A stretch of 64,000 nucleotides of DNA from a virus (lineage: Duplodnaviria; Caudoviricetes): positions 1 through 64,000 of the IMG/VR virus record IMGVR_UViG_3300026549_000054, one strand, 5' to 3'. Position 1 is the first letter of the stretch, and every line of letters begins with the position of its first letter. The notes under the pieces are model-generated. The model was not told the DNA's origin. It did no database searches and was given only the letters and a program-made list of their open reading frames with translations. This document shows, piece after piece, positions 40,816 through 50,344 of the stretch. The translations under genes were made by a program, and so were the position numbers.

Positions 40816-42716
40816 TACTTACTAATTCCAAGTAATTCTTTACGGAACGCAGTATCTTCGCCCATAGTATTTTCACAAGCCTTTTCAACTAAGTCATTCC
40901 ACTGTAATTGAATCAACTTACGAGAATTTGGATTTAGACAAAGTTCGGATAACTGTTCAGCATTAGCTTCTCCCCAACCCTTTAAACGAGAGACTGTGTA
41001 GTCAGTACATTTGAGTGCCTTCATTTTCTTATCTACTTCGGCACGGGTCATACCAAATGCTTTGACCTTCGCACCTGTGGCAATAAACAATGGGGCATCA
41101 ATTATATACAAGTGTCCGTTCTTAATCAAATCAGGCATATAGTTAATAAAGAAACTTGTACACAAATTACAAATATGGAAACCATCCGGGTCCACATCAG
41201 CTAACAAAATGACCTTACCAAATCTCAATTTGCTTTCGTCATAATCGTCCTGAATACCACAACCTAGAGCAGCAACCAAGTCTTTAATCTCTCTATTACC
41301 TTCGCATTTAGCTTCGCCCTTCTTTGTTGGTTTACCAAACAATTCTTCAGGAGTTGCTTTAGCTGCGTTAATAATCTTACCGCGGATTTTCAATTCACCC
41401 TGGAATGACTCACGGGCCTGTTTAAAGTGACCACCAGCAGAATCACCTTCCACAATGAACATTTCCAAATCTTTAGGGTTCTTGTGCTTTCTTCTGTCTG
41501 CGTCCAAGAATTTATCACTAATGTAACGAGAACCAGCATTCAAAGTCTTTAGACCCTTCAACAAATCCTTAGAAGCTTTCATCTTCTCTTTTTGTTCAAG
41601 CATCTTTTCCGCATAAGTTACAATTCTGTTCAATAGTTCCTTATTCTTACGGAAGAATTTGGTAAGTGGTGGAGTCAACTTTTCAATGATTTCTTTTTCA
41701 ACAGGAGTGTTGGTTAATTCGTTCTTTGTTTGACCCTGATACTGTGGTTCAGCCATTTTGTGGTGAATGGCACCTACAATACCTTCCATAATGTCATCAT
41801 TGAGAATTTTCTTTTTGGAATTATCCTTGATTACATTACAAATAGCTTTCTTCAAGCCATTCAAGTGAGTGCCGCCAAGGTTCGTATAACATACATTAAC
41901 GAAACTTCTAAATGAGTTGCCATCTTTCTTTGTGAAATTCAAAGCAACTTCTGTGTAATCGTCTGCGTATGTAAACAAGTCAGCATTTTCGTCTGCGTCA
42001 GGACAAACAAGTTCTTCCAAACCTTTCTCGGAATAAAATTCGTTTTCTTCACCGTCAATGTTTGTGTGAATATGTAAGCCAGGGCACAAATACTGAATGT
42101 CTTTAATTTCTCTCTTTAGACGAGGCAAATCCAAGTCAATAGAATCAGTAAAAATTGTTTCGTCAGGAATCCAAGTTACAATGGTTCCTTTCTTCTTAAT
42201 GAGTTTCTTATATTCTTCAGGTATTCTACAACGAGTCACATCACTTGTAGCAATTCCCTTTTCAAATGTTTGTGTGTACCACCAGTTATCTGTACTGTTA
42301 TTAGACCAAACCTGTAATGTTTTAGAAAGAGCTGCAATAGCCTTTTGTCCGATACCATTCAAGCCTGATGAAGTAGCATAATTCTGCTTATCAAACTTAC
42401 CACCTGCGTGTAATTGAGTGAATACAAGTGTTAGAGAATCCATTTGGGCTTTTTCATTCCAACCAACTGGAATACCTCTACCATTGTCAATTACTGTAAT
42501 TCGTTTTGTTTTAGAATCGTAGAAAACATAAATTTGTTTGTTATAGCCTGCCAAGTATTCGTCAATAGAGTTATCTAATGCTTCACGAAAAAGTCTATAC
42601 AAACCATCAGATGGATTTCCTGATACTGCACCAATGTACATACCAGGTCGCTTACGAACTGTTTCTAGGCCTTTCAAAAAATCTATGCTATCCGCACCAT
42701 AATTATGTTCTGCCAT
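40815..42716 (-). CDS. gyrB: type II DNA topoisomerase subunit B (GyrB/ParE-like)
   Basis: LKGLETVRKRPGMYIG, DNGRGIP, LHAGGKF, VEGDSAGG, LADVDPDGFHI, RLKGWGE. Confidence 0.95.
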   Translation of the reverse strand: MAEHNYGADSIDFLKGLETVRKRPGMYIGAVSGNPSDGLYRLFREALDNSIDEYLAGYNKQIYVFYDSKTKRITVIDNGRGIPVGWNEKAQMDSLTLVFTQLHAGGKFDKQNYATSSGLNGIGQKAIAALSKTLQVWSNNSTDNWWYTQTFEKGIATSDVTRCRIPEEYKKLIKKKGTIVTWIPDETIFTDSIDLDLPRLKREIKDIQYLCPGLHIHTNIDGEENEFYSEKGLEELVCPDADENADLFTYADDYTEVALNFTKKDGNSFRSFVNVCYTNLGGTHLNGLKKAICNVIKDNSKKKILNDDIMEGIVGAIHHKMAEPQYQGQTKNELTNTPVEKEIIEKLTPPLTKFFRKNKELLNRIVTYAEKMLEQKEKMKASKDLLKGLKTLNAGSRYISDKFLDADRRKHKNPKDLEMFIVEGDSAGGHFKQARESFQGELKIRGKIINAAKATPEELFGKPTKKGEAKCEGNREIKDLVAALGCGIQDDYDESKLRFGKVILLADVDPDGFHICNLCTSFFINYMPDLIKNGHLYIIDAPLFIATGAKVKAFGMTRAEVDKKMKALKCTDYTVSRLKGWGEANAEQLSELCLNPNSRKLIQLQWNDLVEKACENTMGEDTAFRKELLGISK

Positions 42717-42994
42717 TACTTATCTCCTTTGAATTTAAACATTACTATTGTTTCGTCTGTTTCATTATTGTATTCTATTGACGCAATTTCAAATGCAGTA
42801 TCAAGTTGTTTAAACACTGCTAACCAGGCATTTGGATTTTTCTTTAAGTATTGGAGCACTTCTGCTTCAAACAAGTCAAACAATCGTGACTGACCTGGTG
42901 TACTTTCTGCATCGTCAATTATTGTCATTTGTTTTTTTACGATTTTTAACTTTACCATAACTTTCCTATATTTGTTTGGAATATATTTATACAA
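42716..42994 (-). CDS. hypothetical protein
   Basis: ORF coupled to the topoisomerase B gene. Confidence 0.5.
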   Translation of the reverse strand: MYKYIPNKYRKVMVKLKIVKKQMTIIDDAESTPGQSRLFDLFEAEVLQYLKKNPNAWLAVFKQLDTAFEIASIEYNNETDETIVMFKFKGDK

Positions 42995-43007
42995 ATCAAA
43001 TATAACA

Positions 43008-43035
43008 AAAAATCGCCCTGTTATGGGCGATTTTT
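43008..43035 (-). terminator. Rho-independent terminator
   Basis: AAAATCGCCC-N6-GGGCGATTTT. Confidence 0.75.
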
Positions 43036-43057
43036 ATTTTTTAAAACTTCAAAGAAA

Positions 43058-43918
43058 TTAGTCACCTTGATATTTTGCAGTTCTATAAAATTCGGATGCT
43101 CCGTGTTCAAACGCATCTGAAGAAGCACGATCAGATTTAATTTTTTTGATTTCATCGTCAGTTAAATAATCTTGTGCTTCGGAAAATTCTTTGACTGCTG
43201 GCAAGAATATATCGTATGGAATTTTCCAAGTATTTCTGTGTTCATCTTGATACTCGGCTAATTCAATACATTTCTTTGCTTTGCCATTTGAGTATCTACC
43301 TAATCTTCTTAAAGCACTGTAGTTTCCAATGTCTGCGTTTTCAAGACTAACTGGCATAGAGAAATAGAATCTATCAATACCATTGTTTATAGACAAAGTA
43401 ACTTTATCAGGAACATCCTGGTCAAATTCTTCACCTTCAGGGAAATCTTTGAAGAATGATGTTGCTTCATACCAGCGAGACCAAGGTTCTTTCTTTTCAA
43501 CTTTACAACCATATTTAACTAATTTAGATAAGATGTTTTCTTTAAATTCAGGCCAAACTTCAGTTACAAGGCGTTTAATACTTTCAAATTTTCTCTTTTC
43601 ACGATTATAACGTTCTATTTCTCTTTGTTTCTTATCATTAAGCTTTTCCCAAACTCGGCAAGCATCAGCAATTATTCTTGCTTCTTTGTAATCAAAAAAT
43701 TCACCAGCTTTCTTTGTGCCAATCCAACCTTTTATCAATGAAGGATTTAATTTCTTCATTTCGTTATACTGTTCGTCAGTGAGTTCAGTAATGTCGGCAA
43801 AATCATTTAAAATTGTTGTTGCCCAATCTACCTTTTCCTGAACAGCTTTACTTGTGGCTTCATCTATTAGATGATAACCCTTGCCATTTAAAAATTCTTT
43901 AGCTTCTCTTAAATCCAT
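43058..43918 (-). CDS. hypothetical protein with N-terminal EAxxxLxxxGY tag
   Basis: MDLREAKEFLNGKGYHLIDE. Confidence 0.6.
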   Translation of the reverse strand: MDLREAKEFLNGKGYHLIDEATSKAVQEKVDWATTILNDFADITELTDEQYNEMKKLNPSLIKGWIGTKKAGEFFDYKEARIIADACRVWEKLNDKKQREIERYNREKRKFESIKRLVTEVWPEFKENILSKLVKYGCKVEKKEPWSRWYEATSFFKDFPEGEEFDQDVPDKVTLSINNGIDRFYFSMPVSLENADIGNYSALRRLGRYSNGKAKKCIELAEYQDEHRNTWKIPYDIFLPAVKEFSEAQDYLTDDEIKKIKSDRASSDAFEHGASEFYRTAKYQGD

Positions 43919-43927
43919 TTTATCTCC

Positions 43928-44239
43928 TTATTTTTTATATAATTTAAATGCCTGTATTACCATTTCATACTGTGGATAACGAAGCATAAGTCCATCTCTT
44001 AAATCGTTCCAAATGTCACCAATGCCATTATACCACATTACAAACCACCACAAGTTTGAAGTTCCGTAAATGTTTTGTGAAATAATATCTGGTCTACCAA
44101 CTTCGTAATAGTGAACCATATACGATTTAGTTTCACCAAAGTCATAATTGCCGAAATTAATACTCCCTAAATCATACTCAAGGAACCCTTCAGTATCTTC
44201 TTCTTTTAAATAATTTGGTCTGTATGTTATGTTGTTCAT
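43928..44239 (-). CDS. gp53: baseplate wedge protein (T4 gp53-like)
   Basis: GRPDIISQNIYGTSNLWWFVMWYNGIGD...LRYP. Confidence 0.8.
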   Translation of the reverse strand: MNNITYRPNYLKEEDTEGFLEYDLGSINFGNYDFGETKSYMVHYYEVGRPDIISQNIYGTSNLWWFVMWYNGIGDIWNDLRDGLMLRYPQYEMVIQAFKLYKK

Positions 44240-44247
44240 TTATTAAA

Positions 44248-44490
44248 TTAATACTCCAATTTTTTAGAGTCTATCCATCTGATTGTTTCGTATTCAAATT
44301 TTTTCTTAAACCAGACCAAGGCTTGGGTTTCTGCAAGGTTATCATTATCTGTAAATTCTATTTTTGTTTTTGTAGCCATTTCGCCATTTGTATCTGTATA
44401 ACAGATTGTAACAGAATAGTAATTACCTTCTTCTTTTTCAACCAAATAGCCATTTTTATTCAAAATATTTTCTGCTTCTTCTAATCTCAT
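44248..44490 (-). CDS. small protein with N-terminal EAxxxLxxxGY tag
   Basis: MRLEEAENILNKNGYLVEKE. Confidence 0.6.
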   Translation of the reverse strand: MRLEEAENILNKNGYLVEKEEGNYYSVTICYTDTNGEMATKTKIEFTDNDNLAETQALVWFKKKFEYETIRWIDSKKLEY

Positions 44491-44510
44491 TTTTACCTCG
44501 TTTTAAATGT

Positions 44511-45602
44511 TTATATTACCCAATGTATATAAATCCGGTGGGGGGATTCTTTATCCACACGTTCAATTGCTGCATCGTATCTTTCTTTATATGAACTATA
44601 CAATGAATCGCCATTTAACTGACCACCACCAGCAATAGTCAAACTATACTTTCTCAAAGCATTAGTCCAAATCATACCGGCCTTACATACTACAAGTTCT
44701 TTGAACCAGTAGTCATTGAAAATCTTAAATGATTTTTGTTTCTTTACAACTTCAATCAAACCGTGAACAGGTCTTTTTGGTGTCGGCCATACAGAAAGTT
44801 CTTTTTCTTTCATATTATAACGAACTTGATAGCTTTCACCCAAATCAAATTTAACTTGTTCCAACCAAACTAATTGAGCATTAAAGTTACCCATTACATC
44901 ACCGTAACTGGAATCACCATAACACATTCCATTATAATTAAAGTTATTCATTCCCATCATCTGGTCATACAAAATGTTGTGTGGGATAGTGAATAATTCG
45001 TTAATGTTACCTAACCAGCTAGCTGTTTGGAAGTCCACAACAGATTCCAATTCTTGACAAAGTTTATAATGAGTTTTACCTGGTTGTAATTCCATACACA
45101 AATAATCACGATAGTTACCTTCACGATAATAGTATCTTTGTATGTACTGAACCATATCTCTAATAATGTCAATCAACTGGGCATCAGATATTTCAACACA
45201 AATTACAGGAGAACCAAGTTGACCTTTAATGTAAGCAATCAACTGTGGAATGTTCTGTATTTCGTGGTCAGCCATAAACATATCCTGAGCACAGCAATAG
45301 TTATCTCTAGGAATATGCTTTAAATGGTGTGGTGGAAATGGTGGAACAGGTGGTTTAGGAGGTGGAGGAGGTGGTTCAGGTGGGTCTGGATACTTTCCTG
45401 ATGGTGGCTCTACACTCCAATCTGGTGGAACCGCTTGCCAATCAGGTGGAATTTCCTTCCAATCTTTAGGCGGAATTCCTTCACCCGGATTCGGACAATG
45501 ACCCGGTGGGAATGGTGCAGGAAGAGGAGGATGTGGCTTATAAGCTTCATCCTTAGTCCAAGGTGGTCTGCATTTACAATCTTTCTTTTCGTTTTCACCC
45601 AT
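44511..45602 (-). CDS. gp13: neck protein (T4 gp13-like) with Pro-rich N-terminal extension
   Basis: LIAYIKGQLGSPVICVEISDAQL, FNDYWFKE, WTNALRKY...GGGQLNG. Confidence 0.88.
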   Translation of the reverse strand: MGENEKKDCKCRPPWTKDEAYKPHPPLPAPFPPGHCPNPGEGIPPKDWKEIPPDWQAVPPDWSVEPPSGKYPDPPEPPPPPPKPPVPPFPPHHLKHIPRDNYCCAQDMFMADHEIQNIPQLIAYIKGQLGSPVICVEISDAQLIDIIRDMVQYIQRYYYREGNYRDYLCMELQPGKTHYKLCQELESVVDFQTASWLGNINELFTIPHNILYDQMMGMNNFNYNGMCYGDSSYGDVMGNFNAQLVWLEQVKFDLGESYQVRYNMKEKELSVWPTPKRPVHGLIEVVKKQKSFKIFNDYWFKELVVCKAGMIWTNALRKYSLTIAGGGQLNGDSLYSSYKERYDAAIERVDKESPHRIYIHWVI

Positions 45603-45627
45603 TCTGTTAATACCTCTAATGTATTTA

Positions 45628-45735
45628 TTAGACCACCAGGTTCTCTTGTTCCAAAGTATATAATTCTTCCAGTGTTAATTCTTGAACTTTTCCATAACTA
45701 TCTTGAACTTTTACTTTGGAATCTCCTGTCAAGCA
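45628..45735 (-). mobile_element. N-terminal fragment (35 aa) of an atypically split intein
   Basis: CLTGDSKVKVQDSYGKVQELTLEELY matches intein block A plus the following IxEL strand, at the known TerL insertion site. Confidence 0.85.
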
Positions 45736-46521
45736 CATATATTCTTGTCTGACGAACATTTCCCCATTATCTTGAATTTGTTTTTGAAGCCATTTCTCAT
45801 CTCTACCTTCAACTTCGTACCATTGAACTTTACAAGGTATAAATGAGTTCTTTCCAGCAACGGCCTTAGTCCAAATGTCATAGAAGTGGTTCATACCCTT
45901 TGGAGTTGAAATTAGCATCATCATAGCGTCTTTCTTTGCAGCTTGTGTTGGGAAAACAGACTGCATAAACTTGGTAGCCATATTATCGTCAATGAACGCA
46001 AATTCGTCTACAAGCAATAAGTCAATAGATTTACCACGAACAGAAGAACTAGAACTAGCACCGCAGAAAATCTTTGTCTTATTTTCCATCGTGATTTCAC
46101 CATTGTTCCATTTTACAAGGCCCTGTTGAAGCCACATTGGTAATTCTGTATAAGCGTTCTTAATACGAAGCAAAATTTCTTCTGCCTGTGAAGCTTTGTT
46201 TGCTAGAACTGCAATACATTTAGATTTGTGGAAAAGAGCATACCAGAGAATATACAAAGTAGCAATAGTTGTCTTACCTGTTTGACGTCCCATCATAATA
46301 ATTCTGTTATTCTTTTCAGGTATTTTCGCACAAATTACTTTTACAATCTTTTCCTGATAATCACGAAGTTTCATCTTTTCTTCACCGGCAGGACCAATGA
46401 TAGTAAAATACTTAGCGAAATGGAAAATACTTTGTTTACATTTCAAGTATTCCTTAATTTCTTCTTCAGTCATTGGTACAGTTTCGCCGGCACCGCGAAG
46501 CTTTTCATTATTAAAAAACAT
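45628..46521 (-). CDS. terL: terminase large subunit, ATPase (N-terminal) half, fused to a short N-intein
   Basis: LRDYQ, MGRQTGKTT (Walker A), LLLVDEFAF (Walker B), ISTPKG; ends QEYM|CLTGDSKVKV... with no nuclease domain. Confidence 0.92.
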   Translation of the reverse strand: MFFNNEKLRGAGETVPMTEEEIKEYLKCKQSIFHFAKYFTIIGPAGEEKMKLRDYQEKIVKVICAKIPEKNNRIIMMGRQTGKTTIATLYILWYALFHKSKCIAVLANKASQAEEILLRIKNAYTELPMWLQQGLVKWNNGEITMENKTKIFCGASSSSSVRGKSIDLLLVDEFAFIDDNMATKFMQSVFPTQAAKKDAMMMLISTPKGMNHFYDIWTKAVAGKNSFIPCKVQWYEVEGRDEKWLQKQIQDNGEMFVRQEYMCLTGDSKVKVQDSYGKVQELTLEELYTLEQENLVV

Positions 46522-46525
46522 TAAA

Positions 46526-47776
46526 TCACCTCATCAATTCTTCAACTTTATCTTCAATTTCTTCTTGACTTGGTTTACTATGGTTATACAAATAAGCACC
46601 ATAATACCAATTCTTAAGTTCATTTAGTATCGCACCAAATTGAGAACCGTGTACACCACTATCTATAATAGCATTACTCAATTTCTTATTATCAGGCAAT
46701 ACATTTTCTGCCAAATCAGTTAATACTTTTCTTTCTTTGTTAGAAATTGCTTCATCGTTGATTACATAATCTACTACATTCAAAATTTCAAAATCTTTAT
46801 TCGTGAAAATAGTTAATGTCTTGTTCAAGTCTCCATACAAATTATTTGTAAATCCAAGAGCACCATAAACATATTTCAAAGTTTTCATTAAGTCATTTTC
46901 CAATCTAAACAACTTGATACATTCAGGTAAATTGTCGCAATCGTAGAATAACAAACCAAACAAAACCTTTGGGTCAGCTTCTGTTTTATCCATCTGTGCA
47001 TATTTTCTAGTGAACTGTTTTGCGAACTTCCAGTTGATTAACATTTCAGGGTCAATTACTTCATTCGCACCTGTTTTCATTAACAATCCAATAACATCAG
47101 CAAAAGCTTGTTTACCATATTCGGCAGTTTTCATTAGTTCAGCACCAATTCTTTCTTTTGCGATTTTATCCAAATTGCCCTTAATGTTCTTAATGCCCTG
47201 CATTGTTTCAGGGTCTATCTTCATTCCAAATCTAGCTGCAAAACGCATAGCACGGATAATTCTTAAAGCGTCTTCACCAAATCTCTTATTAGAATCTCCG
47301 ACTGTTCTAAGTATATTATCGTCTAAATCTTTCTCGCCATTGTAATAGTCAATCAAATTACCGCGACAGTCAATACCCATAGCATTTATTGTAAAATCTC
47401 TGCGGGCTACATCGTCCTTAAATGACTTTGTAAATTGAACAGAGTCAGGATGTCTACCGTCACTGTAATCTCCGTCAGTACGGAACTGTGTTACTTCAAA
47501 TACTTCTTTCTGCCATTTAACGAGAATAGTCCCGTGGGCTTCACCATTGTTAGAAGTACATTTGAAGTTATCGTACAATTCGTCAATCGGCATATTAGTT
47601 GCTATATCAACGTCGTGAATTTTAGGGTCGCCTTTCTGTCCGTTTTTATACCAGCGGACTATATCACGAACACAACCACCTACTAGATATGCTTCGTAAC
47701 CGAATGATTCAATCTGTTGGCACAAGTCAGTACCAATTTGGACTTCTTCATTGAATAACGATAAATCAATTTTCAT
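46526..47776 (-). CDS. cca: tRNA nucleotidyltransferase (CCA-adding enzyme, class II)
   Basis: AYLVGGCVRD, DVDIAT, EVTQFR, RRDFTINAM, EDALRIIRAMRFAARF, ERIGAEL. Confidence 0.92.
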   Translation of the reverse strand: MKIDLSLFNEEVQIGTDLCQQIESFGYEAYLVGGCVRDIVRWYKNGQKGDPKIHDVDIATNMPIDELYDNFKCTSNNGEAHGTILVKWQKEVFEVTQFRTDGDYSDGRHPDSVQFTKSFKDDVARRDFTINAMGIDCRGNLIDYYNGEKDLDDNILRTVGDSNKRFGEDALRIIRAMRFAARFGMKIDPETMQGIKNIKGNLDKIAKERIGAELMKTAEYGKQAFADVIGLLMKTGANEVIDPEMLINWKFAKQFTRKYAQMDKTEADPKVLFGLLFYDCDNLPECIKLFRLENDLMKTLKYVYGALGFTNNLYGDLNKTLTIFTNKDFEILNVVDYVINDEAISNKERKVLTDLAENVLPDNKKLSNAIIDSGVHGSQFGAILNELKNWYYGAYLYNHSKPSQEEIEDKVEELMR

Positions 47777-47778
47777 AA

Positions 47779-48561
47779 TTACTTAATTTGTTTCTTTGTA
47801 TATTTCTTAATTACACCTTCTTTACACAAATATGTAAAGAATTTCTGTTTGTAGCCTCTAGTATATGCTGAACATACTCTCAATCCATATTCAGCTACTT
47901 TAGTTGGGTCATATTCAAATTCATAGATTTCTTTTACAAAGCCATCTTTTTTAGCAGCTTTTAATTCTTCATCATTAAGGAATGTAAAATATGTTTTCCA
48001 ACGAGTAATCATTACTGCATGATTACCTTCTGCTGCTTTAATAGCGGATTTCTTAATTCTACCACTAGCAGTTCTGTTAGCAACAGCGTTCTTACCACCA
48101 ATTCTTTGTATGTGGAGTTCTTTAAACTTCTTGTTTAATTCGTTTGCTTTTGCTTCCCAAACACCACTATGTCCAAGTCCATCAGTTCCCCAACCAAGAG
48201 CATTACACCATTTGCGGCTCATAGCATAACCAACTTTATTAGCAGCTTTTATTTGTTCTTTTGTAATGGAAGCATTGTGAAAATAATGGCACATTTCGTG
48301 AACGAAAGTGTTTCTAAAAGCAGCATAGTCAGTCAATTCATTTCTATTCAAAATGATTTCAAGAGTAATAATTTGTTGTTTAACTGTGTTAAACTGAGCT
48401 ACACATCTACCTAATGCTTTTAAATGACTGGACCAAGTTAATGTAATTGGCTTTAATTTGCCATTGAAATATAATTTGTTAAATCTTTTAAATTCAGTTT
48501 CCAAGAAACTTGTAGTGAATTTAACTTCTGGTAATTCTGCTTTTCTTGCTTCGTCTAACAT
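47779..48561 (-). CDS. SprT-like zinc metalloprotease domain protein
   Basis: FNKLYFNGKL, TFVHEMCH, GHSGVW. Confidence 0.8.
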   Translation of the reverse strand: MLDEARKAELPEVKFTTSFLETEFKRFNKLYFNGKLKPITLTWSSHLKALGRCVAQFNTVKQQIITLEIILNRNELTDYAAFRNTFVHEMCHYFHNASITKEQIKAANKVGYAMSRKWCNALGWGTDGLGHSGVWEAKANELNKKFKELHIQRIGGKNAVANRTASGRIKKSAIKAAEGNHAVMITRWKTYFTFLNDEELKAAKKDGFVKEIYEFEYDPTKVAEYGLRVCSAYTRGYKQKFFTYLCKEGVIKKYTKKQIK

Positions 48562-48830
48562 TATTCAATCTCCACTGTTGTAGAAGCACCATCTTCAACA
48601 TAAACGGCTTTCCATACTGCTTTAAATGCCTGGTCTAAATCCATATCTCTACTGTATGCTTCAAACATTACAGTTTCCAATAGTTCAGGGTCTACTGTAT
48701 AATTCACTTCTTTCGCAAAATTTAGAATACGAGTTCTTAATTGGTCTAAGTATTCTTTCTCATACATTTCTTCATTAAGTACTTTATATCCAAATTTCTT
48801 TAATTTTTCAATAGCTTCTCTTAATAACAT
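48561..48830 (-). CDS. small protein with N-terminal EAxxxLxxxGY tag
   Basis: MLLREAIEKLKKFGYKVLNE; late promoter at 48851-48858. Confidence 0.6.
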   Translation of the reverse strand: MLLREAIEKLKKFGYKVLNEEMYEKEYLDQLRTRILNFAKEVNYTVDPELLETVMFEAYSRDMDLDQAFKAVWKAVYVEDGASTTVEIE

Positions 48831-48858
48831 ATTAAAATCTCCTTATATACTATTTATG

Positions 48859-48887
48859 AAAAAGACCGCTTTTTCAGCGGTCTTTTT
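48859..48887 (-). terminator. Rho-independent terminator
   Basis: AAAAAGACCGCT-TTTTC-AGCGGTCTTTTT. Confidence 0.75.
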
Positions 48888-48910
48888 GAATTTATGTGTA
48901 ATAGAAATTA

Positions 48911-49726
48911 TTACTTTACAAAGTGATTACGGATTCTTCTCTGCAAATTTACTACAGGGTCTTTTGTTCCGAAAACATCTTCAATTATTGTAAATGCGTA
49001 AGCCTTAATTTCTTTGTCATCTACTTCAAAGTCTGTATCTTTAATGATGCCAGATACGAAAGCAGGTGTCAAGGCTTTCTTCAAGAACAATGTTTTGGCT
49101 CTGAAATCGTCTTTGAAATCATCCCAATTATCTGTACCTTTCTGTTCAGTATTGGGCTTGCGGAAAGTTTCAGGAAAATCATCTTCTAATGATTCGTCCA
49201 AATCGTCATCATCGTCTTCGCACTTTCCGCCTTTCTTTCCACCACAGCAACCCTTTGGTTTTCTGCCGGCAACTTTTTCTTTGTGAGAGAACTTGTCACC
49301 CTTTGGCTTAGATTTGCCTTCGGTCATATATGCTTCGTCAACTGGAACATCGTCATATTCAACGGCAGTGTCATCAACAGTTTCGTCACCGAAATCTTCT
49401 GGGTTCTGTCCTTCACATTCGCAATTTTCGTAAGCAAGAATCTTAACAATGTCTTCAGCGGCAACACCCTTCTGTGAGAGTTCGTCAATGCGTTCATTGT
49501 TGGCTGTCATAATGTCAGCAACTTCTTGTGCGTCAAATCCTTCGTCACCGAGACCCTGTTCAACAGCACCATAGACATCACTGTCAAGCTGTTCTTCACC
49601 TTCAGCAGGCAAAGCTTCTTGGTTTGTATCAACAACGTCATCATAGACAGCGTCATCTTCAAAGTCTTCCGATACGATTCTGTAACCTTCGGAAAGCAAC
49701 AATTCTTTAGCGGTTTCGTATTTCAT
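48911..49726 (-). CDS. acidic protein with N-terminal tag, probable head internal protein
   Basis: MKYETAKELLLSEGYRIVSE; Asp/Glu-rich; late promoter at 49756-49763. Confidence 0.6.
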   Translation of the reverse strand: MKYETAKELLLSEGYRIVSEDFEDDAVYDDVVDTNQEALPAEGEEQLDSDVYGAVEQGLGDEGFDAQEVADIMTANNERIDELSQKGVAAEDIVKILAYENCECEGQNPEDFGDETVDDTAVEYDDVPVDEAYMTEGKSKPKGDKFSHKEKVAGRKPKGCCGGKKGGKCEDDDDDLDESLEDDFPETFRKPNTEQKGTDNWDDFKDDFRAKTLFLKKALTPAFVSGIIKDTDFEVDDKEIKAYAFTIIEDVFGTKDPVVNLQRRIRNHFVK

Positions 49727-49768
49727 ATTATACTCCTTAAAAATTAAATTTATTATATTTATAAAAAT

Positions 49769-50284
49769 CTAGTCTTCGTCAAAGTCTATATTATTATCTT
49801 CTTGTAATTTAAACCAAATTTTATCAAATTCAGTCATAGATAATGTTTTTGTTTTATACTTTTTCTTTTGTCCTTTCCATTCCAATCTAATACAATCGTC
49901 ATCAAGTACAACTTCAATTATTTCATCAGGACCATTAAACCAAAAATCAGGCATTATGATATTTAATGTGTTATCATTAACTATCTTTACTCTGCCTTTG
50001 TGTTTCTTTAAATAGATATTGTTATCAAAAAGCCAGTCTCTAATATCTTCAATAGAAACTACTTTTGTATTAAAAGTTTTAGCATTACTGATTTTATCTT
50101 TTAATTTGGGTCTTTCTTCGTCAAGCCAAATTAGTCTGTCCATTTCTTTTTTAGTCAAATCACCGCGGCCGTGACCAGCATGGTATCTGCGCATCAAATC
50201 TTCATATTCTTCGTCATTAGTTTCTGTATCTTCAAGTATATAACCGTGCTTTTTCAGCAATTCTTTGGCTTCATTTAAATCCAT
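49769..50284 (-). CDS. protein with N-terminal EAxxxLxxxGY tag
   Basis: MDLNEAKELLKKHGYILE; late promoter at 50303-50310. Confidence 0.6.
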   Translation of the reverse strand: MDLNEAKELLKKHGYILEDTETNDEEYEDLMRRYHAGHGRGDLTKKEMDRLIWLDEERPKLKDKISNAKTFNTKVVSIEDIRDWLFDNNIYLKKHKGRVKIVNDNTLNIIMPDFWFNGPDEIIEVVLDDDCIRLEWKGQKKKYKTKTLSMTEFDKIWFKLQEDNNIDFDED

Positions 50285-50344
50285 ATTAGTCTCCTTATAT
50301 GGTATTTATGAAAAAAGCCAGGTTTTTTAACCCGGCTTTTTAAT

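Noticed and set aside
45628-46521. terL as a simple truncated pseudogene
   Set aside because: ATPase motifs are intact and the tail is a recognisable intein N-fragment at a known insertion site.
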